Below the pieces are notes generated by a model that worked only from the letters and a program-made list of their open reading frames with translations, had not been told where the DNA came from and searched no databases. Positions 21,271 through 32,080 of a stretch of DNA of 64,000 nucleotides are shown here, one piece after another. Source of the stretch: a virus. A program made the position numbers and the translations under genes. Numbering within the stretch: the first letter of the stretch is position 1; each line of letters starts with the position of its first letter. The stretch is taken from positions 30,808 to 94,807 of the IMG/VR virus record IMGVR_UViG_3300048625_000156; one strand, 5' to 3'.

Positions 21271-22104
21271 TTATGCCTCTTCTAGTGTAACAGAAACATT
21301 CCACATGTCGTAGTTGCTTCCACCACGTTTGTCTACCGTGTAGGAGAAGTCTGCAATATACATTTCAACTACCTGGCTATATTGCCCCAGGTGTCCATAG
21401 GCTGCTCTGTCATCACCAAAGTTTTTGTATTTGTCATATGATAGGAATACCCAGAATGATCCTGTGTGACTCTCGTACCAATCTAGAAGTTCGTTACCGC
21501 CAGCTCCTCCGTCAATTGTGTATGGGGTAGTTGAGGATTTGCCAGTTGTTGGGTTAATAGTTCCTGGTAGTGGGAATGCTCTTGATGGAAGATTTTTCCA
21601 AGATACAGAAAGTTTTAGTTTGTCTGCAATATGGTATGAACGCATACGACCATTAATCATACGCTCACGCTTTTCAATACGTTCTGGTGAGAAGTTTAGT
21701 CCATCACGGTTGTGGTCTGTCAGGAATATGAAGTCGCTAAACTCTGTACCGCCTGGCAAGAAAACGTATGATCCAGCGTTGAATGTGATTGATGTTGTAG
21801 AACTTTCTGAGTGTGCAACATTCACTGTAAAGGTTTTTGGTCCTGTAACTTCCACAACCTTTACGCTTGTTCCAAATGCTCCGTTGCCAGATGTCTTTAG
21901 TAGAACGTATCCTGGAACAAGACCTACAGTACTTCCACCATTTTCAGAAAGCTGAACCTCATAAGATCCTGATGTGATAACAGCATTTAAGCCTGTTACT
22001 TTCCAGTCTGGCTCTAGAGTTCCTGGGTTTTCAGAGAATAGGACGGCTTCTGGACGTGCGTACTTGATACGACCATCCATGTATGTTGGTGATACTGCTG
22101 GCAT
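21271..22104 (-). CDS. Distal tail-like protein
   Basis: Directly after tape measure; ends WNVSVTLEEA. Confidence 0.65.
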   Translation of the reverse strand: MPAVSPTYMDGRIKYARPEAVLFSENPGTLEPDWKVTGLNAVITSGSYEVQLSENGGSTVGLVPGYVLLKTSGNGAFGTSVKVVEVTGPKTFTVNVAHSESSTTSITFNAGSYVFLPGGTEFSDFIFLTDHNRDGLNFSPERIEKRERMINGRMRSYHIADKLKLSVSWKNLPSRAFPLPGTINPTTGKSSTTPYTIDGGAGGNELLDWYESHTGSFWVFLSYDKYKNFGDDRAAYGHLGQYSQVVEMYIADFSYTVDKRGGSNYDMWNVSVTLEEA

Positions 22105-25100
22105 TAAACTCTACTTCCCTTCATTCCCTGACCTTCAACTCGTTGAATCTGCTGCATAACTGTCTTTGCAATCTGATCAGCGTTTGCGTCTGACTTAACG
22201 TTAACACTGATACTATAATTATACACTGAACTGCCTCCGCCTGAAGGCATTTCTCCACGGTTAATCTTAGCCATGTTTCCAGCACCAAGCTTGTCAGTTG
22301 CTGACTTCTTTACTACAAACTCTCCTTGTTGTAGCATAGCAGGAATTGTGTCCTTGCCCATAGGCTTAAATATAGGCATCTTTCCATTAGCAAGGTAGTT
22401 CATCATACCGCCAGAAGCAAAGTGCTTAGCAACACGTCCACCCATAGCCCAACCCTCAGACTTTGCACTCTTGAGTTCTTTAAGGTCTTTATTTTGGGTT
22501 GCTGCGTCAAGAAGTGACTGCCACTGCTCTTTGGTCTTTCCACCAAATGTTAGGCTTGCAATCTGAGAATCTTTTGCCTCAGTCATTCTATCACGCTGTT
22601 CTTGCATGGCAGCGTTCTGAGCGTTCTGGCGAGCCTGTTGCTGTGCTCTTGCAGCAGCACCGATGTCACCCTTTGACAATGCGTCAGCAAGGTCTAGCTG
22701 GTCCTTCTTCTGCTGGTTGATAACATCGTTAGCCTTCTGAATCTTATCCATAGCCTTCATGCGTTCATCGTAGGCTTTATTAATCTTTTCTTCCTGCTTA
22801 TTGATCTGGTTGATTGCACCACTGTAGTAGTCCATCTTGCGTTGCTGCTTGTCAATTGGAGTGCCTCCACCACCGCCACCACCAGTGTCACCTCCAGTGT
22901 CACCTCCAGCTGCAGGGGCTGCACCAGAACCCACACTCTTTCCAGCAAGATATGAAGCAAACATGCTAAAAGTCTTTGTTGGGTCTCCAGCAGCCCAAGC
23001 CTTAAATTGAGCCTGTAGATTCTTATCTCCAGCCATTCCCAAAGTTGCGTTAAAGTTAGCTAGATACTTAACTTTTTGAGATTTTGTTTTTAGATTTTGA
23101 AAAACTTTATCCTTGTTAATGAAATCCTGCATCTTTTTATCTACAACTGCTGTAGCAACAAGTTTTGTCTCTGGAATCTTTTTTAAGTCATCTGTGGTCT
23201 TTTTATATGCGTTTGCAAACGTGTTCAGTTTAGTCATAGCGTCATCAGTAGTTAGGTCTAGATTGACATTCTGAAGACCAGCAGTAACCGCTTCCTGGTC
23301 TGCTGTGCTACGAGAAGCTCTCTCAAGAGCACCTGTGGTAACTGCTGTGTTCGCTCCACGAGCTTGAGCACTGCCCATAAGCTCTGTCGTCTGACGGTCG
23401 CCCATGGCATTAACGGAAGCCTGGTATGCTGTTGAGAAGTTTCCTCCAACAGTTCCAGCACCGCCACCACCTTCACCAGCCATTTTAATAACACTAGCCA
23501 TGTCTTGGTTACCAATTGCATCTCCAAGGAATTGCCCCTCAAGCAGCATTCTCATGTCGGAGTTTTCGACACCCTTAATAGCATCCTTTTGCTTGTTGGC
23601 TACAGTCTTCTCTTCTTCTGTTGCGTTGGCATACTTTTCATCAACTGCAGTATTGAATGTGCCCTTGTCGTCAACAGCCTTACCGACGGTGTTAATTTTT
23701 GCACGTTGATCAGCACCTGCCTTGTAGATTGCTGTAATGTCTGCATCCCTACTGCCCTCAAGCCCTGTTATCTCTGTCTTTAAGGCTGCTTTCTTTGTCT
23801 TGTCTGTTTCTGCATCAAACTCTTTTTGCTTTTCGGCAATCTTTTTGTCAACAGCAGCCACACCAGAGTCAATTGATGTTTGAATTGATCCATATGAACC
23901 AAGCATTGCTGTGTATCCTGCTTTAGCGTCGTCTCCTCTTCCAGGCTTAATGCCTCCAACCGTTCCATATGCATATTGGTCTTCTAATTTTGGTGCAGTA
24001 TAGGTTTGGTTTCCAGATGTGTATTGTTCACCTGGCTTTAACTTTTCACCCTTTAGGTTTGTCATGTTTCCGTATAACTTGTCAAAACTTTCTTGCTTTT
24101 GAGCTGTAATGTCTTTCTGAGTATATACAGCGTCGTCAAGAAGGAAGTCTGCGTTTTCAGTGGTTGACTGGATAAGCTTTGTTGTAACCTTTAGTGGATC
24201 TTTTAGAATGTCTGTTCCATCTGGTCCAAGAAGTTCTGATAGCTGTGAAGTAACTGTAATTGGGAATGCTGAGTCACCAAGCTCTTTACCAACAGCCGTT
24301 GCAATACTGTTGGCTTCTGTTAGTGTTAGAGTACCCTGCGAAATTGCTTGGGCAAGTGTAGCACTGTACTGCTGTGCAACCTGTGCTGGGGTTAGCTTGC
24401 CGCTTTCTTTTAGCTTTTCAAGGTTGGCAACGTCTGCCTTACCTGCATCAGAGGCGACGTAATCCTTACCAATCTGAAGGTCTTCTACCGACTTGAGACC
24501 TGCACGACGTGCATCTGACTCTGCTTGAGCAGCCTCTGTCAGTCCTACACGACCAGTAAGCTCTCCAAACTTCTTAACACTATCTGAAGCGACTGCCATA
24601 GCATTACCAAGCTGAGCAGCTTTCTTATTAGCTTCTGCTTGCTGCCATAATGAGAACGCAATAATTCCTGCAAATATAGCTAATGGTGCTGCAATTGCAA
24701 GAACTGCTGCTCCTGCTGCAGTGCCAAAGAATGTTGCAAGTCCTGCAAGCATTGTTTCTGGTATCAGGGCAATTACAGATTGGATAAGCATAAGTGGCAT
24801 CATGATTGCATTAGCAATTTCTCCCACCTTTCCAGGCATCATGGACAGTGTTCCCATTACTGCTGCGGTAGTCATCATTGCTTTACCGCTTCCGAGTTGA
24901 CCAATGACACCCTTACCAACTGTAGCTGCTGCTTGCTTTAGTTTTGTCCCTAGTTGAACAAGGCTAACCTTCATTCTTTCTACGCCAGCCTTGACTGCGG
25001 TTGCAGCAGTATTCATAGCATTACGAATTGCACCTGGAGCCTGAACTGCAAAGTTCTTGATGGCTACCATGCCCTCTGTCATCTTTTGCTTTGCAATAAA

Positions 25101-28100
25101 TGCAGCGTTTCCAATAGCCTCTACCGTTACCCTATATGGCTTCATTAGGTTGTCTGCCACGGCAAGCATCTGGCTTGCCTGACGAAGATTCTTTTCCTCC
25201 TGAGTGATCAGGTGTACTCTAACTCCGTGTACAGCATTTAGCTTTTCAACGTTTACAATACCAGCAGAATCCGTAAAGGGTCTCATCATCTTGTGGAACT
25301 GCTCTTTAGCGTACTGTGCCGATGCTGGACTAATTACAAATGAACTCTTTGCAGTATCTGCAACACTCTTCTTGAATGCTGGACCAGCTTCATTGATACC
25401 AACGATAGCCCCATCTGCAAGGTTCTTACCTGCTTCTTTAGTTCTGCGTGATGGAGATTGTGCCTGTGCTGCAACATTTGTTGCCTCTGCTACATCCTGT
25501 TCAATCTTTGCAGCAATCTTTGCACCTGCCTGGGTTGTTTGTGGCTTAGTTGCTGCAGCAGGAACCTGACCAACTATAGCTTCCTTTTGTGCTTTGGTTG
25601 CGTCAAATGGAACCTGGTACTTTGTGTTTACGTCTGCCTTGCCGTAAATCTCTTTAATTCCAGCATCTTTTCTTGATAGTGCTGAGTCAAGTTGTGATGA
25701 TGGAGTCTGTCCCTGGGCTGCAATCCTGTTTCTAACATCTGCAGGAGTATCCATAATTACTGGAGCAGTATTGTGAGCAGCAACCGATCTTGATGTGTCC
25801 ATGCCTTCGGCTGATGCAAACTTACGTCCAGTGTCAAAGACACCTGTGTAGCGTCCACGCTCGGAGGTCATGGCTTCACGACCAATAGATCCGAATCCAC
25901 CATGACCACGCTGACGTTCACGAGTGTTGTCATCAAATGTGGTTACGTTTGTTGCAAACTTATCTGCTGCTGCCTGAACACGAGGGTCTGAAGATTTTGT
26001 CTTGGCTCTAGCCTTGTCGGATGCTGCGTAGTATTCTGGGTCACCCATCTTTTCGCCTGTAACGTTGCTAACCTCTTTAGCAATGTTGTGGCTTAGGTCT
26101 TCTGCATACTTTGCAATTTCTGGATTAGACTCTACAGCAGCCTGAATATCTTTAACAGTCTTAGCACCAAAAAGTTCTTTTGCAATGTAAGCAATTAGTG
26201 GACCTTGGATTAGCTTTGGATTTGCCTTGTACTCTGCAGCAATACCTGCAGGTGACGCTGTTCCACGGTTTAGCTGATCGTTGGCTGTTTTTGAGAGCAA
26301 GCTTGTTGAGTCTGTAAATCCACGAGTTGACTGATATCCTGCAACACCATTCTTTGCATAACCAGGAATGTTGACCTTTGCACCACTTAGAAGTGCAGCA
26401 ACCACTGCTGGGTTTTTCTTTACATTTTCAACAGAAAGAACCACTTCACCATTTGAAAGATTGGCTGGAACCTTGTCATCTGTTGGACCACCAGGACCAA
26501 CTACGACACCACCAGTAGCCATCTTCTTTGGCTTTGGTCCAGTCTTGGCTCCAGGGATTCTGCTTCCAAAATTGTTTTGGATTGCTACAGCACGTTCCAT
26601 CTCCTTGCGAAGAAGTGCGACAGCACCTGCCTCTGCAGTAAATGTCTGTGTAAGTTTTTCATGGACTTGCTCAAGTGATGCAGCTACTGCACGAGCTTCA
26701 ATTTGTTCCTGTGTCATGTAGGATGTCTGTGAACCAAGGTCTTTTGTTCCCTGACCTAGATTGTTAAAGAAAGACTTAACACTTGCAAATAGCTTAATCA
26801 TGTTAGCAATACCGTTAGCGATAAGACCAATAGCCATAAGTGCTACTGGACCTACCCCAGCCAAGACGAGGGTTAGCCCTCCAACAAAGTCTTTGGCTCC
26901 GCTACTCATGTTATTAAAGTTTTTTAGAACATCTGTAAAGAATTTTGCAATTGGAGTTACAGCCTTCATGAACTGCTCTCCAAGGGGGATAAGTTCTACC
27001 TTGAGGTCCTCTAGAGCCTTTTTAAACTTGAACATAGGAGAGTCTTCAATTCTCTTCAACTCTCGTTCAGCAAGCACTGAGGCTGCTCCTGGACCTTGTG
27101 CTGCAAGGTTGGCTACGCTGGATGCCTGGCTGTTTGCATCTGTAACGTTCTTTAGAAGTGTTGAGATACGAGCGAACTGGAACTTTCCAAACACCTGTTC
27201 GATTGCCTGTGCTCGCTTTAGTGGGTCAAGAGCGTTGAGTGCGTTTCCTAGGTCTACAACCATTCCCTTGACATCGCCCTTGTTTGATTGAACAATGTTC
27301 TTTAGGTTAATACCAAGACCAGCAAGCATATCTGATGCCTTCTTGCTTGGGTTAATCATGGAGGCTAGACCAGACTTAAGTGCGTTAGCACCTTCAGATG
27401 CGTTGATTCCACCTTCCTTCATTGCTGTCAAGAAGAATGCTAGGTCTTCTACGTTTCCGCCTAGCTGCTGAATAACTGGGGCTGCCTTTGGAATAGCAAT
27501 TGTCATATCCTCAATGCTGAGTACCGATTGGTTTTCAACTGCGTTTAGGAAGTTAATCTTATTCTTTAGTTGATCAGCAGAGATGCCAAATGCGTTAGTA
27601 AGAGAGATAGTTGTTTCAAGTGCCTGTTGCTGATCTACCCCACCAAGAACTGCGAGGGTTGTTGCCGACTGAACCTGAGCAAGAAGGTCTGCACCTTGTT
27701 TACCCATAGCAGCAGCGTCAGCAGCCATGCTCATTGTGTCCGCAACAGCCACGCCATACTTTGTAAATGTTTTTGCTAGGCTCTGAACCTGTCCAGCCAT
27801 ATCGTCTGTTTGCTGCATTGTTGTACTCAGGTCACCATATACACGCTTAAATTTAATTACTGATGTTTCCATGTCCATGAATGTCTTGGCTGCAATCTGA
27901 CCAAGCATTGTAAGTGGAACAGTAAAACCAACCATAAGCTGACGACCAGCCCACTGGGTATTCTTACCCCAGTTGAGCATGTTTGTAGAGCCTTGCTTAA
28001 GAAGTTGATTTAGAAGTTGCTGTCTTTGTGCAGCAATTTGAGTTTTTGTTGATAGGTTTTCCATATCAAGCATGAGTGGACGAATCTTGATTGCCTGGAC

Positions 28101-28514
28101 AGCACCAGATGCGTCACGACCCATCTTGATGTATTGGGTCTGTAGGTCCTTTACTCGTTCACGAGCGACCTTGTTAATAGTGTCAAACTCATTCTTAAAG
28201 AGTTTTCCAAAAGTCTTTGTTGATGCTCCTGCATATCTGAAGTACTCTCCAGTCGTGAGCTTGTTCTTTTCTAGTGCTGTGGTAAACTGCTCTGTGGTAG
28301 TTTTAACTCTCTGCATAGACGCATCGAATTGTCCACTTCTATTTACCGCAGTAATGAAGTTATTTTGTAGACGTGCCATGTCTGATGCAGCTGCTGCACC
28401 AGTACGAGACATCTGCTGATGAAAGGCTGATATTTGACTCTGCAACACCTTTAGGGATGCCAAAGCACTATTAGTGTCAATATTGACTCTAATGTTGGAT
28501 TGGATATCAGCCAT
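22104..28514 (-). CDS. Tape measure protein (2136 aa)
   Basis: Ala/Gln-rich helical protein; TP901-like core (GINASEGANALKS); hydrophobic stretch; C-terminal FASGG...DTIPAMLQQGEFVV. Confidence 0.93.
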   Translation of the reverse strand: MADIQSNIRVNIDTNSALASLKVLQSQISAFHQQMSRTGAAAASDMARLQNNFITAVNRSGQFDASMQRVKTTTEQFTTALEKNKLTTGEYFRYAGASTKTFGKLFKNEFDTINKVARERVKDLQTQYIKMGRDASGAVQAIKIRPLMLDMENLSTKTQIAAQRQQLLNQLLKQGSTNMLNWGKNTQWAGRQLMVGFTVPLTMLGQIAAKTFMDMETSVIKFKRVYGDLSTTMQQTDDMAGQVQSLAKTFTKYGVAVADTMSMAADAAAMGKQGADLLAQVQSATTLAVLGGVDQQQALETTISLTNAFGISADQLKNKINFLNAVENQSVLSIEDMTIAIPKAAPVIQQLGGNVEDLAFFLTAMKEGGINASEGANALKSGLASMINPSKKASDMLAGLGINLKNIVQSNKGDVKGMVVDLGNALNALDPLKRAQAIEQVFGKFQFARISTLLKNVTDANSQASSVANLAAQGPGAASVLAERELKRIEDSPMFKFKKALEDLKVELIPLGEQFMKAVTPIAKFFTDVLKNFNNMSSGAKDFVGGLTLVLAGVGPVALMAIGLIANGIANMIKLFASVKSFFNNLGQGTKDLGSQTSYMTQEQIEARAVAASLEQVHEKLTQTFTAEAGAVALLRKEMERAVAIQNNFGSRIPGAKTGPKPKKMATGGVVVGPGGPTDDKVPANLSNGEVVLSVENVKKNPAVVAALLSGAKVNIPGYAKNGVAGYQSTRGFTDSTSLLSKTANDQLNRGTASPAGIAAEYKANPKLIQGPLIAYIAKELFGAKTVKDIQAAVESNPEIAKYAEDLSHNIAKEVSNVTGEKMGDPEYYAASDKARAKTKSSDPRVQAAADKFATNVTTFDDNTRERQRGHGGFGSIGREAMTSERGRYTGVFDTGRKFASAEGMDTSRSVAAHNTAPVIMDTPADVRNRIAAQGQTPSSQLDSALSRKDAGIKEIYGKADVNTKYQVPFDATKAQKEAIVGQVPAAATKPQTTQAGAKIAAKIEQDVAEATNVAAQAQSPSRRTKEAGKNLADGAIVGINEAGPAFKKSVADTAKSSFVISPASAQYAKEQFHKMMRPFTDSAGIVNVEKLNAVHGVRVHLITQEEKNLRQASQMLAVADNLMKPYRVTVEAIGNAAFIAKQKMTEGMVAIKNFAVQAPGAIRNAMNTAATAVKAGVERMKVSLVQLGTKLKQAAATVGKGVIGQLGSGKAMMTTAAVMGTLSMMPGKVGEIANAIMMPLMLIQSVIALIPETMLAGLATFFGTAAGAAVLAIAAPLAIFAGIIAFSLWQQAEANKKAAQLGNAMAVASDSVKKFGELTGRVGLTEAAQAESDARRAGLKSVEDLQIGKDYVASDAGKADVANLEKLKESGKLTPAQVAQQYSATLAQAISQGTLTLTEANSIATAVGKELGDSAFPITVTSQLSELLGPDGTDILKDPLKVTTKLIQSTTENADFLLDDAVYTQKDITAQKQESFDKLYGNMTNLKGEKLKPGEQYTSGNQTYTAPKLEDQYAYGTVGGIKPGRGDDAKAGYTAMLGSYGSIQTSIDSGVAAVDKKIAEKQKEFDAETDKTKKAALKTEITGLEGSRDADITAIYKAGADQRAKINTVGKAVDDKGTFNTAVDEKYANATEEEKTVANKQKDAIKGVENSDMRMLLEGQFLGDAIGNQDMASVIKMAGEGGGGAGTVGGNFSTAYQASVNAMGDRQTTELMGSAQARGANTAVTTGALERASRSTADQEAVTAGLQNVNLDLTTDDAMTKLNTFANAYKKTTDDLKKIPETKLVATAVVDKKMQDFINKDKVFQNLKTKSQKVKYLANFNATLGMAGDKNLQAQFKAWAAGDPTKTFSMFASYLAGKSVGSGAAPAAGGDTGGDTGGGGGGGTPIDKQQRKMDYYSGAINQINKQEEKINKAYDERMKAMDKIQKANDVINQQKKDQLDLADALSKGDIGAAARAQQQARQNAQNAAMQEQRDRMTEAKDSQIASLTFGGKTKEQWQSLLDAATQNKDLKELKSAKSEGWAMGGRVAKHFASGGMMNYLANGKMPIFKPMGKDTIPAMLQQGEFVVKKSATDKLGAGNMAKINRGEMPSGGGSSVYNYSISVNVKSDANADQIAKTVMQQIQRVEGQGMKGSRV

Positions 28515-28539
28515 TCAATTTACACCTCTTGTTTATTTT

Positions 28540-28851
28540 TTAGCCCAGGTTACTAAGCACTGAATCGCCTAGCTTAATTCCTGCTGCTTCCTCTACGATT
28601 GCGTAGACGGTTGGAAGGTCTAGAATTTCTTCAAGATCCTTACCTGCTGACTCTGGAGAATACTGCTTCATTGCGATTGCAACACAAGCAAGTAGTAGGT
28701 CCAGAGACTTTTCGTTGTCTTCAGCGACATCTGAAATACCATCGAAGGCTTTCATGAATTGCTTAAGTAGTGAGATCTTTAGTGGACGAGCCTTAATTAC
28801 GGTTCCATCCAATAGGGTAATCTCTTTTGCTTCATTAATAGTTGTAGCCAT
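28540..28851 (-). CDS. Tail assembly chaperone, short (G-like) paralogue
   Basis: Between major tail and tape measure; similar to N-half of 28902-29606; own AAGGAGG SD and TGTGATATAAT. Confidence 0.75.
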   Translation of the reverse strand: MATTINEAKEITLLDGTVIKARPLKISLLKQFMKAFDGISDVAEDNEKSLDLLLACVAIAMKQYSPESAGKDLEEILDLPTVYAIVEEAAGIKLGDSVLSNLG

Positions 28852-28901
28852 TTGTAGTCCTCCTTGTTTGACTAATTAAATTATATCACAATAGGGCTTT
28901 A

Positions 28902-29606
28902 CTATTCTTCCAGTTTTTCGTATGAAAGACCCATTCCAATTCCAAAGCCATTTTGTCTAGCCTTAGTTCCCTGGAATGAGGTGATATCGTTTGCATCGAC
29001 AACAGCTATACCACTTGTCTTTGCTGCGACCCTAGCCTTCATGGCTTCCCATGGGTCGTCTTCTTTTTTACCTAGCTGTTCGTCAAGGTCTACACCCTGT
29101 AACGCAGCCGTAAATCTCTTATCCAAATAATCCATATCTCTCTTTGCATTCAATGTTGCGGATACCTCTGGCATCGATAGAGATGTTTCTAGCTCTTCGT
29201 AGTCTTTCCAAATGCCCAGCAAAAATAGCTCTGACTCTAGCTTTGCTAGGTCAAGATCAGCCCAGGAGTTTTCTGAACTCTTGGTTGCTTGTTGCTTTAC
29301 TGGCTCTACTGCTGGATCTTTGTTTATTTTAATACCTGCACCGATGTCAATAATTCTGTATATAGCATCCATATCAAACCTATCTTCAAGCTCTTCGATT
29401 GTAGTGACCTCTGGCAGGTACTGTTTCATTCCGATCAGAGCACATTCTGCTAGTACGGAGATTGCATCAATGTCGTTCTTAACTGTGGACATGTCGTCAA
29501 ACTTGTCCATTACCATTCTAAGGTATTTGAGCTTGAGTGGCGTTAGGTAGACTTCTTGTCCATCCATTGTAAATATTGTTTCTGATTCATATACTTGTGT
29601 AGGCAT
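28902..29606 (-). CDS. Tail assembly chaperone, long (GT-like) paralogue
   Basis: Position; N-half matches the short chaperone, with a C-terminal extension. Confidence 0.75.
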   Translation of the reverse strand: MPTQVYESETIFTMDGQEVYLTPLKLKYLRMVMDKFDDMSTVKNDIDAISVLAECALIGMKQYLPEVTTIEELEDRFDMDAIYRIIDIGAGIKINKDPAVEPVKQQATKSSENSWADLDLAKLESELFLLGIWKDYEELETSLSMPEVSATLNAKRDMDYLDKRFTAALQGVDLDEQLGKKEDDPWEAMKARVAAKTSGIAVVDANDITSFQGTKARQNGFGIGMGLSYEKLEE

Positions 29607-29621
29607 TACTCTATTATACCC

Positions 29622-29658
29622 TAAAAACGAAACTGCCCCAGCCGAAGCCAGGGCAGTC
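29622..29658 (-). terminator. Intrinsic terminator after major tail gene
   Basis: ACTGCCCTGGC-TTCG-GCTGGGGCAGT followed by TTCGTTTTT. Confidence 0.8.
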
Positions 29659-29683
29659 CCTATTAAGTTGTCTACTGTTGCAA

Positions 29684-30373
29684 TTAAGCAGAAGGTAGGT
29701 ATGAACGGTCGATAATCTTACCGTATGCACCAGAGTCATCTGGAAGCAAGCGGAAGTTAACTTCGAACATAGTAGCCTCGTCACGCTTAGCTGATACGTT
29801 AACACTTTCGATTGAAAGTGCACGGTATGCAACATAAACACGCTGGGCGTTGGTGTGAGTTGTAGCCTCTGTACCAAGAGCACCAACATCTGTTGATGCA
29901 CCGATAGCGATAAGACCACGCTCTAGTGGATATTCTCCAAGCTCACCTGAAATAAGCTCAAGCTCTTTACCAACGGTGTCTGTCTCGTCGTGAGCCAGAA
30001 GTTCGTTGGTAGCAGCAGTTGCGAGAAGCAAGTTCTCAAGAGTTGCTTCTGCGAAGCTTGTCTTAAGAGTTACCTTCATTCCCTGCTTGAATAGCTTAGC
30101 TACGTCAAGTAGCTGGTCAACCTTTACCTCACCGAAGTCAGGTTCGAAGCTGAGTTCTAGACCATTGCTGGTGTAACCAACGTTAGTCCATCCTAGACCT
30201 GTTCCTGTTGTAGGAGTTAGATCTGACATGGTTTCTTTGTAGTCTGTACCCTGAGTAAATGCTGGAATGCCTGTGTCACCTGTAGTAACAACTACTGGTC
30301 CACTGTCCTTTACGAACAATGCTGCGGCTCCAACAATAATCTGAGCACTATTGCCACGTTTGTAATCTGCCAT
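29684..30373 (-). CDS. Major tail (tube) protein
   Basis: VGYTSNGLELSFEPDFGEVKVDQLLD; start set at the ATG after GAGGTG SD. Confidence 0.85.
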   Translation of the reverse strand: MADYKRGNSAQIIVGAAALFVKDSGPVVVTTGDTGIPAFTQGTDYKETMSDLTPTTGTGLGWTNVGYTSNGLELSFEPDFGEVKVDQLLDVAKLFKQGMKVTLKTSFAEATLENLLLATAATNELLAHDETDTVGKELELISGELGEYPLERGLIAIGASTDVGALGTEATTHTNAQRVYVAYRALSIESVNVSAKRDEATMFEVNFRLLPDDSGAYGKIIDRSYLPSA

Positions 30374-30444
30374 ATTTTTCACCTCTTTTTCTTTCTATAG
30401 AATAGAGGGGCTTTGTTTCCTCATTTACAAGTATAACAGAGTTT

Positions 30445-30960
30445 TTAACTATTTATCAAGTGGTAGTCGAATTCAATAATAATCTTATTGCCACCGTATG
30501 TTCTAGCTGTTCCAAAGTTAATGATGTCTCTGGTCTCCTGAAGCTGGAATACCCTGAATTTATGAAACCTAAAATCTGGCGTAAGGGTCTCTCCCTCAAC
30601 CACCAAAGAACCTTTTGCCTTTGCCCAGTCGTTAATTTCGTCTGCAGACTCGTCTTCACGGTCAAGAAGTCTTAGTGCTGTTTCAGTAATCTTTACCATG
30701 TTAACAACTGAATTCTCTGCTGTTGCATAGAAGTAGTAAAGTAGTTGCTCACACTTAATATGTGGAAATGGCGATTTTCTCAATCTAATTAATCTGTCAT
30801 ATGTGCACATAATACCGCCTTCTGGGAAGTACTCTGTGATGTCGTTTAGAGTGGATGGGGTTGTTGGAAAGAATGGCACAGATTCAAACCCCAGATCGAC
30901 AAGCTTCTCTTGTAGATAGTGGTTAACCCAAAGTGCTGGTGTATTTAATACTGATGTCAT
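30445..30960 (-). CDS. Tail terminator-like protein
   Basis: Immediately before major tail; GGAGG SD before ATG 30960. Confidence 0.6.
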   Translation of the reverse strand: MTSVLNTPALWVNHYLQEKLVDLGFESVPFFPTTPSTLNDITEYFPEGGIMCTYDRLIRLRKSPFPHIKCEQLLYYFYATAENSVVNMVKITETALRLLDREDESADEINDWAKAKGSLVVEGETLTPDFRFHKFRVFQLQETRDIINFGTARTYGGNKIIIEFDYHLINS

Positions 30961-31634
30961 AGTTTGCCTCCTGCATTCACTATCCAATTATACCCTATTT
31001 GTTTACCTGCCGAAGCCCCACCAGTCTTTGCTCTTGGCAATCCTCGTTTATAGTCAAGCGGTGTCTGTAGATGTTTTGTAAATCCGCTTTCAGTCAGGAA
31101 TGATTGCGTAAAGTATACAGAGAAAAATGTTTCTAAAACTTCTTCGAACGATCCTTGGACTGCAGAGCCACCAGGCTTCTGGATTGTGACTGGACTCTTT
31201 GTAAAAACTGTTTCTCCATTATCTTCAAATCTGAGGGCTTTTGCTGTTCTTGGAACAATGGTGACAGGGATACCCTTTTCCATAATCTCTGCCTTATTGT
31301 AGAAGGGTGTCTCAGAGCCATTGCTAAATGTTTTAGATTGTGAAAAGGAGCTTCCAAAAGTAAGCCCACCACTTGTTACACGATAGTCAATGTCAAATAG
31401 TCTTGCTGCTGGGCTGCCAGTTTGATACCACTCATAGACGTGATGAAGGCTTTGAGGATCCATTCTTGCCATTGTGTCAATATACTCTTCTACAATCTCT
31501 TTTGTCCTTGAGCCAAATATTTGCAACATCTTCGACTTGCCTAGATGAACCCCTTCCAGGTATCCCTCGGAATATTTGATGAAGTTGTTCATTTCTGCAA
31601 AGAATTTTGCGTCTTCAAAATCTACGCTTATCAT
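30957..31634 (-). CDS. Neck / tail completion protein
   Basis: Head-tail gene order. Confidence 0.55.
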   Translation of the reverse strand: MISVDFEDAKFFAEMNNFIKYSEGYLEGVHLGKSKMLQIFGSRTKEIVEEYIDTMARMDPQSLHHVYEWYQTGSPAARLFDIDYRVTSGGLTFGSSFSQSKTFSNGSETPFYNKAEIMEKGIPVTIVPRTAKALRFEDNGETVFTKSPVTIQKPGGSAVQGSFEEVLETFFSVYFTQSFLTESGFTKHLQTPLDYKRGLPRAKTGGASAGKQIGYNWIVNAGGKL

Positions 31635-32080
31635 AGATCTGCCGCCTGGTTTTCAGAGCGTCTTAGAACTAACTTAAAATATTCTGTAGTTCCGAATGGA
31701 CCAACGACTGGGTTGAAAGTTGCAACCTCAAATATGGTAGCCATTCCTGCTCTTGGACCAGACGGTTCATTATAAACAACATTGCCATTGGCATCTCTAA
31801 TATTAGTAACGATAATGTTTGTTAGGGAGTTTAGAGTACCCCTTGATGAAGTGGTGATGTCTCCACGAATTCGACCAACAATAGAGTTGTCGATATCAAT
31901 CTTTGCGTCTGGCTGCACATCTTTCTTTGCCTTAACCCCACCAGCTACGAAGGCACAAGCTACTGACTTGTCTAGCACCCATTGCTTCTTAACATTACCA
32001 TATCCACCCTGCTCAACGATAGGGTAATAAACATCCATTAGCAATGGATACATGAAATCTGTAGATTCGCAAGCCGTCAT
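31631..32080 (-). CDS. Head-closure (stopper) protein
   Basis: Gene order; GGYGNVKKQW motif. Confidence 0.6.
   Translation of the reverse strand: MTACESTDFMYPLLMDVYYPIVEQGGYGNVKKQWVLDKSVACAFVAGGVKAKKDVQPDAKIDIDNSIVGRIRGDITTSSRGTLNSLTNIIVTNIRDANGNVVYNEPSGPRAGMATIFEVATFNPVVGPFGTTEYFKLVLRRSENQAADL

Noticed and set aside
28851-28902. Programmed frameshift joining the two chaperone ORFs
   Set aside because: They are separated by a stop codon, a 50-nt gap, a promoter and an SD, and they are paralogues rather than G and T halves.
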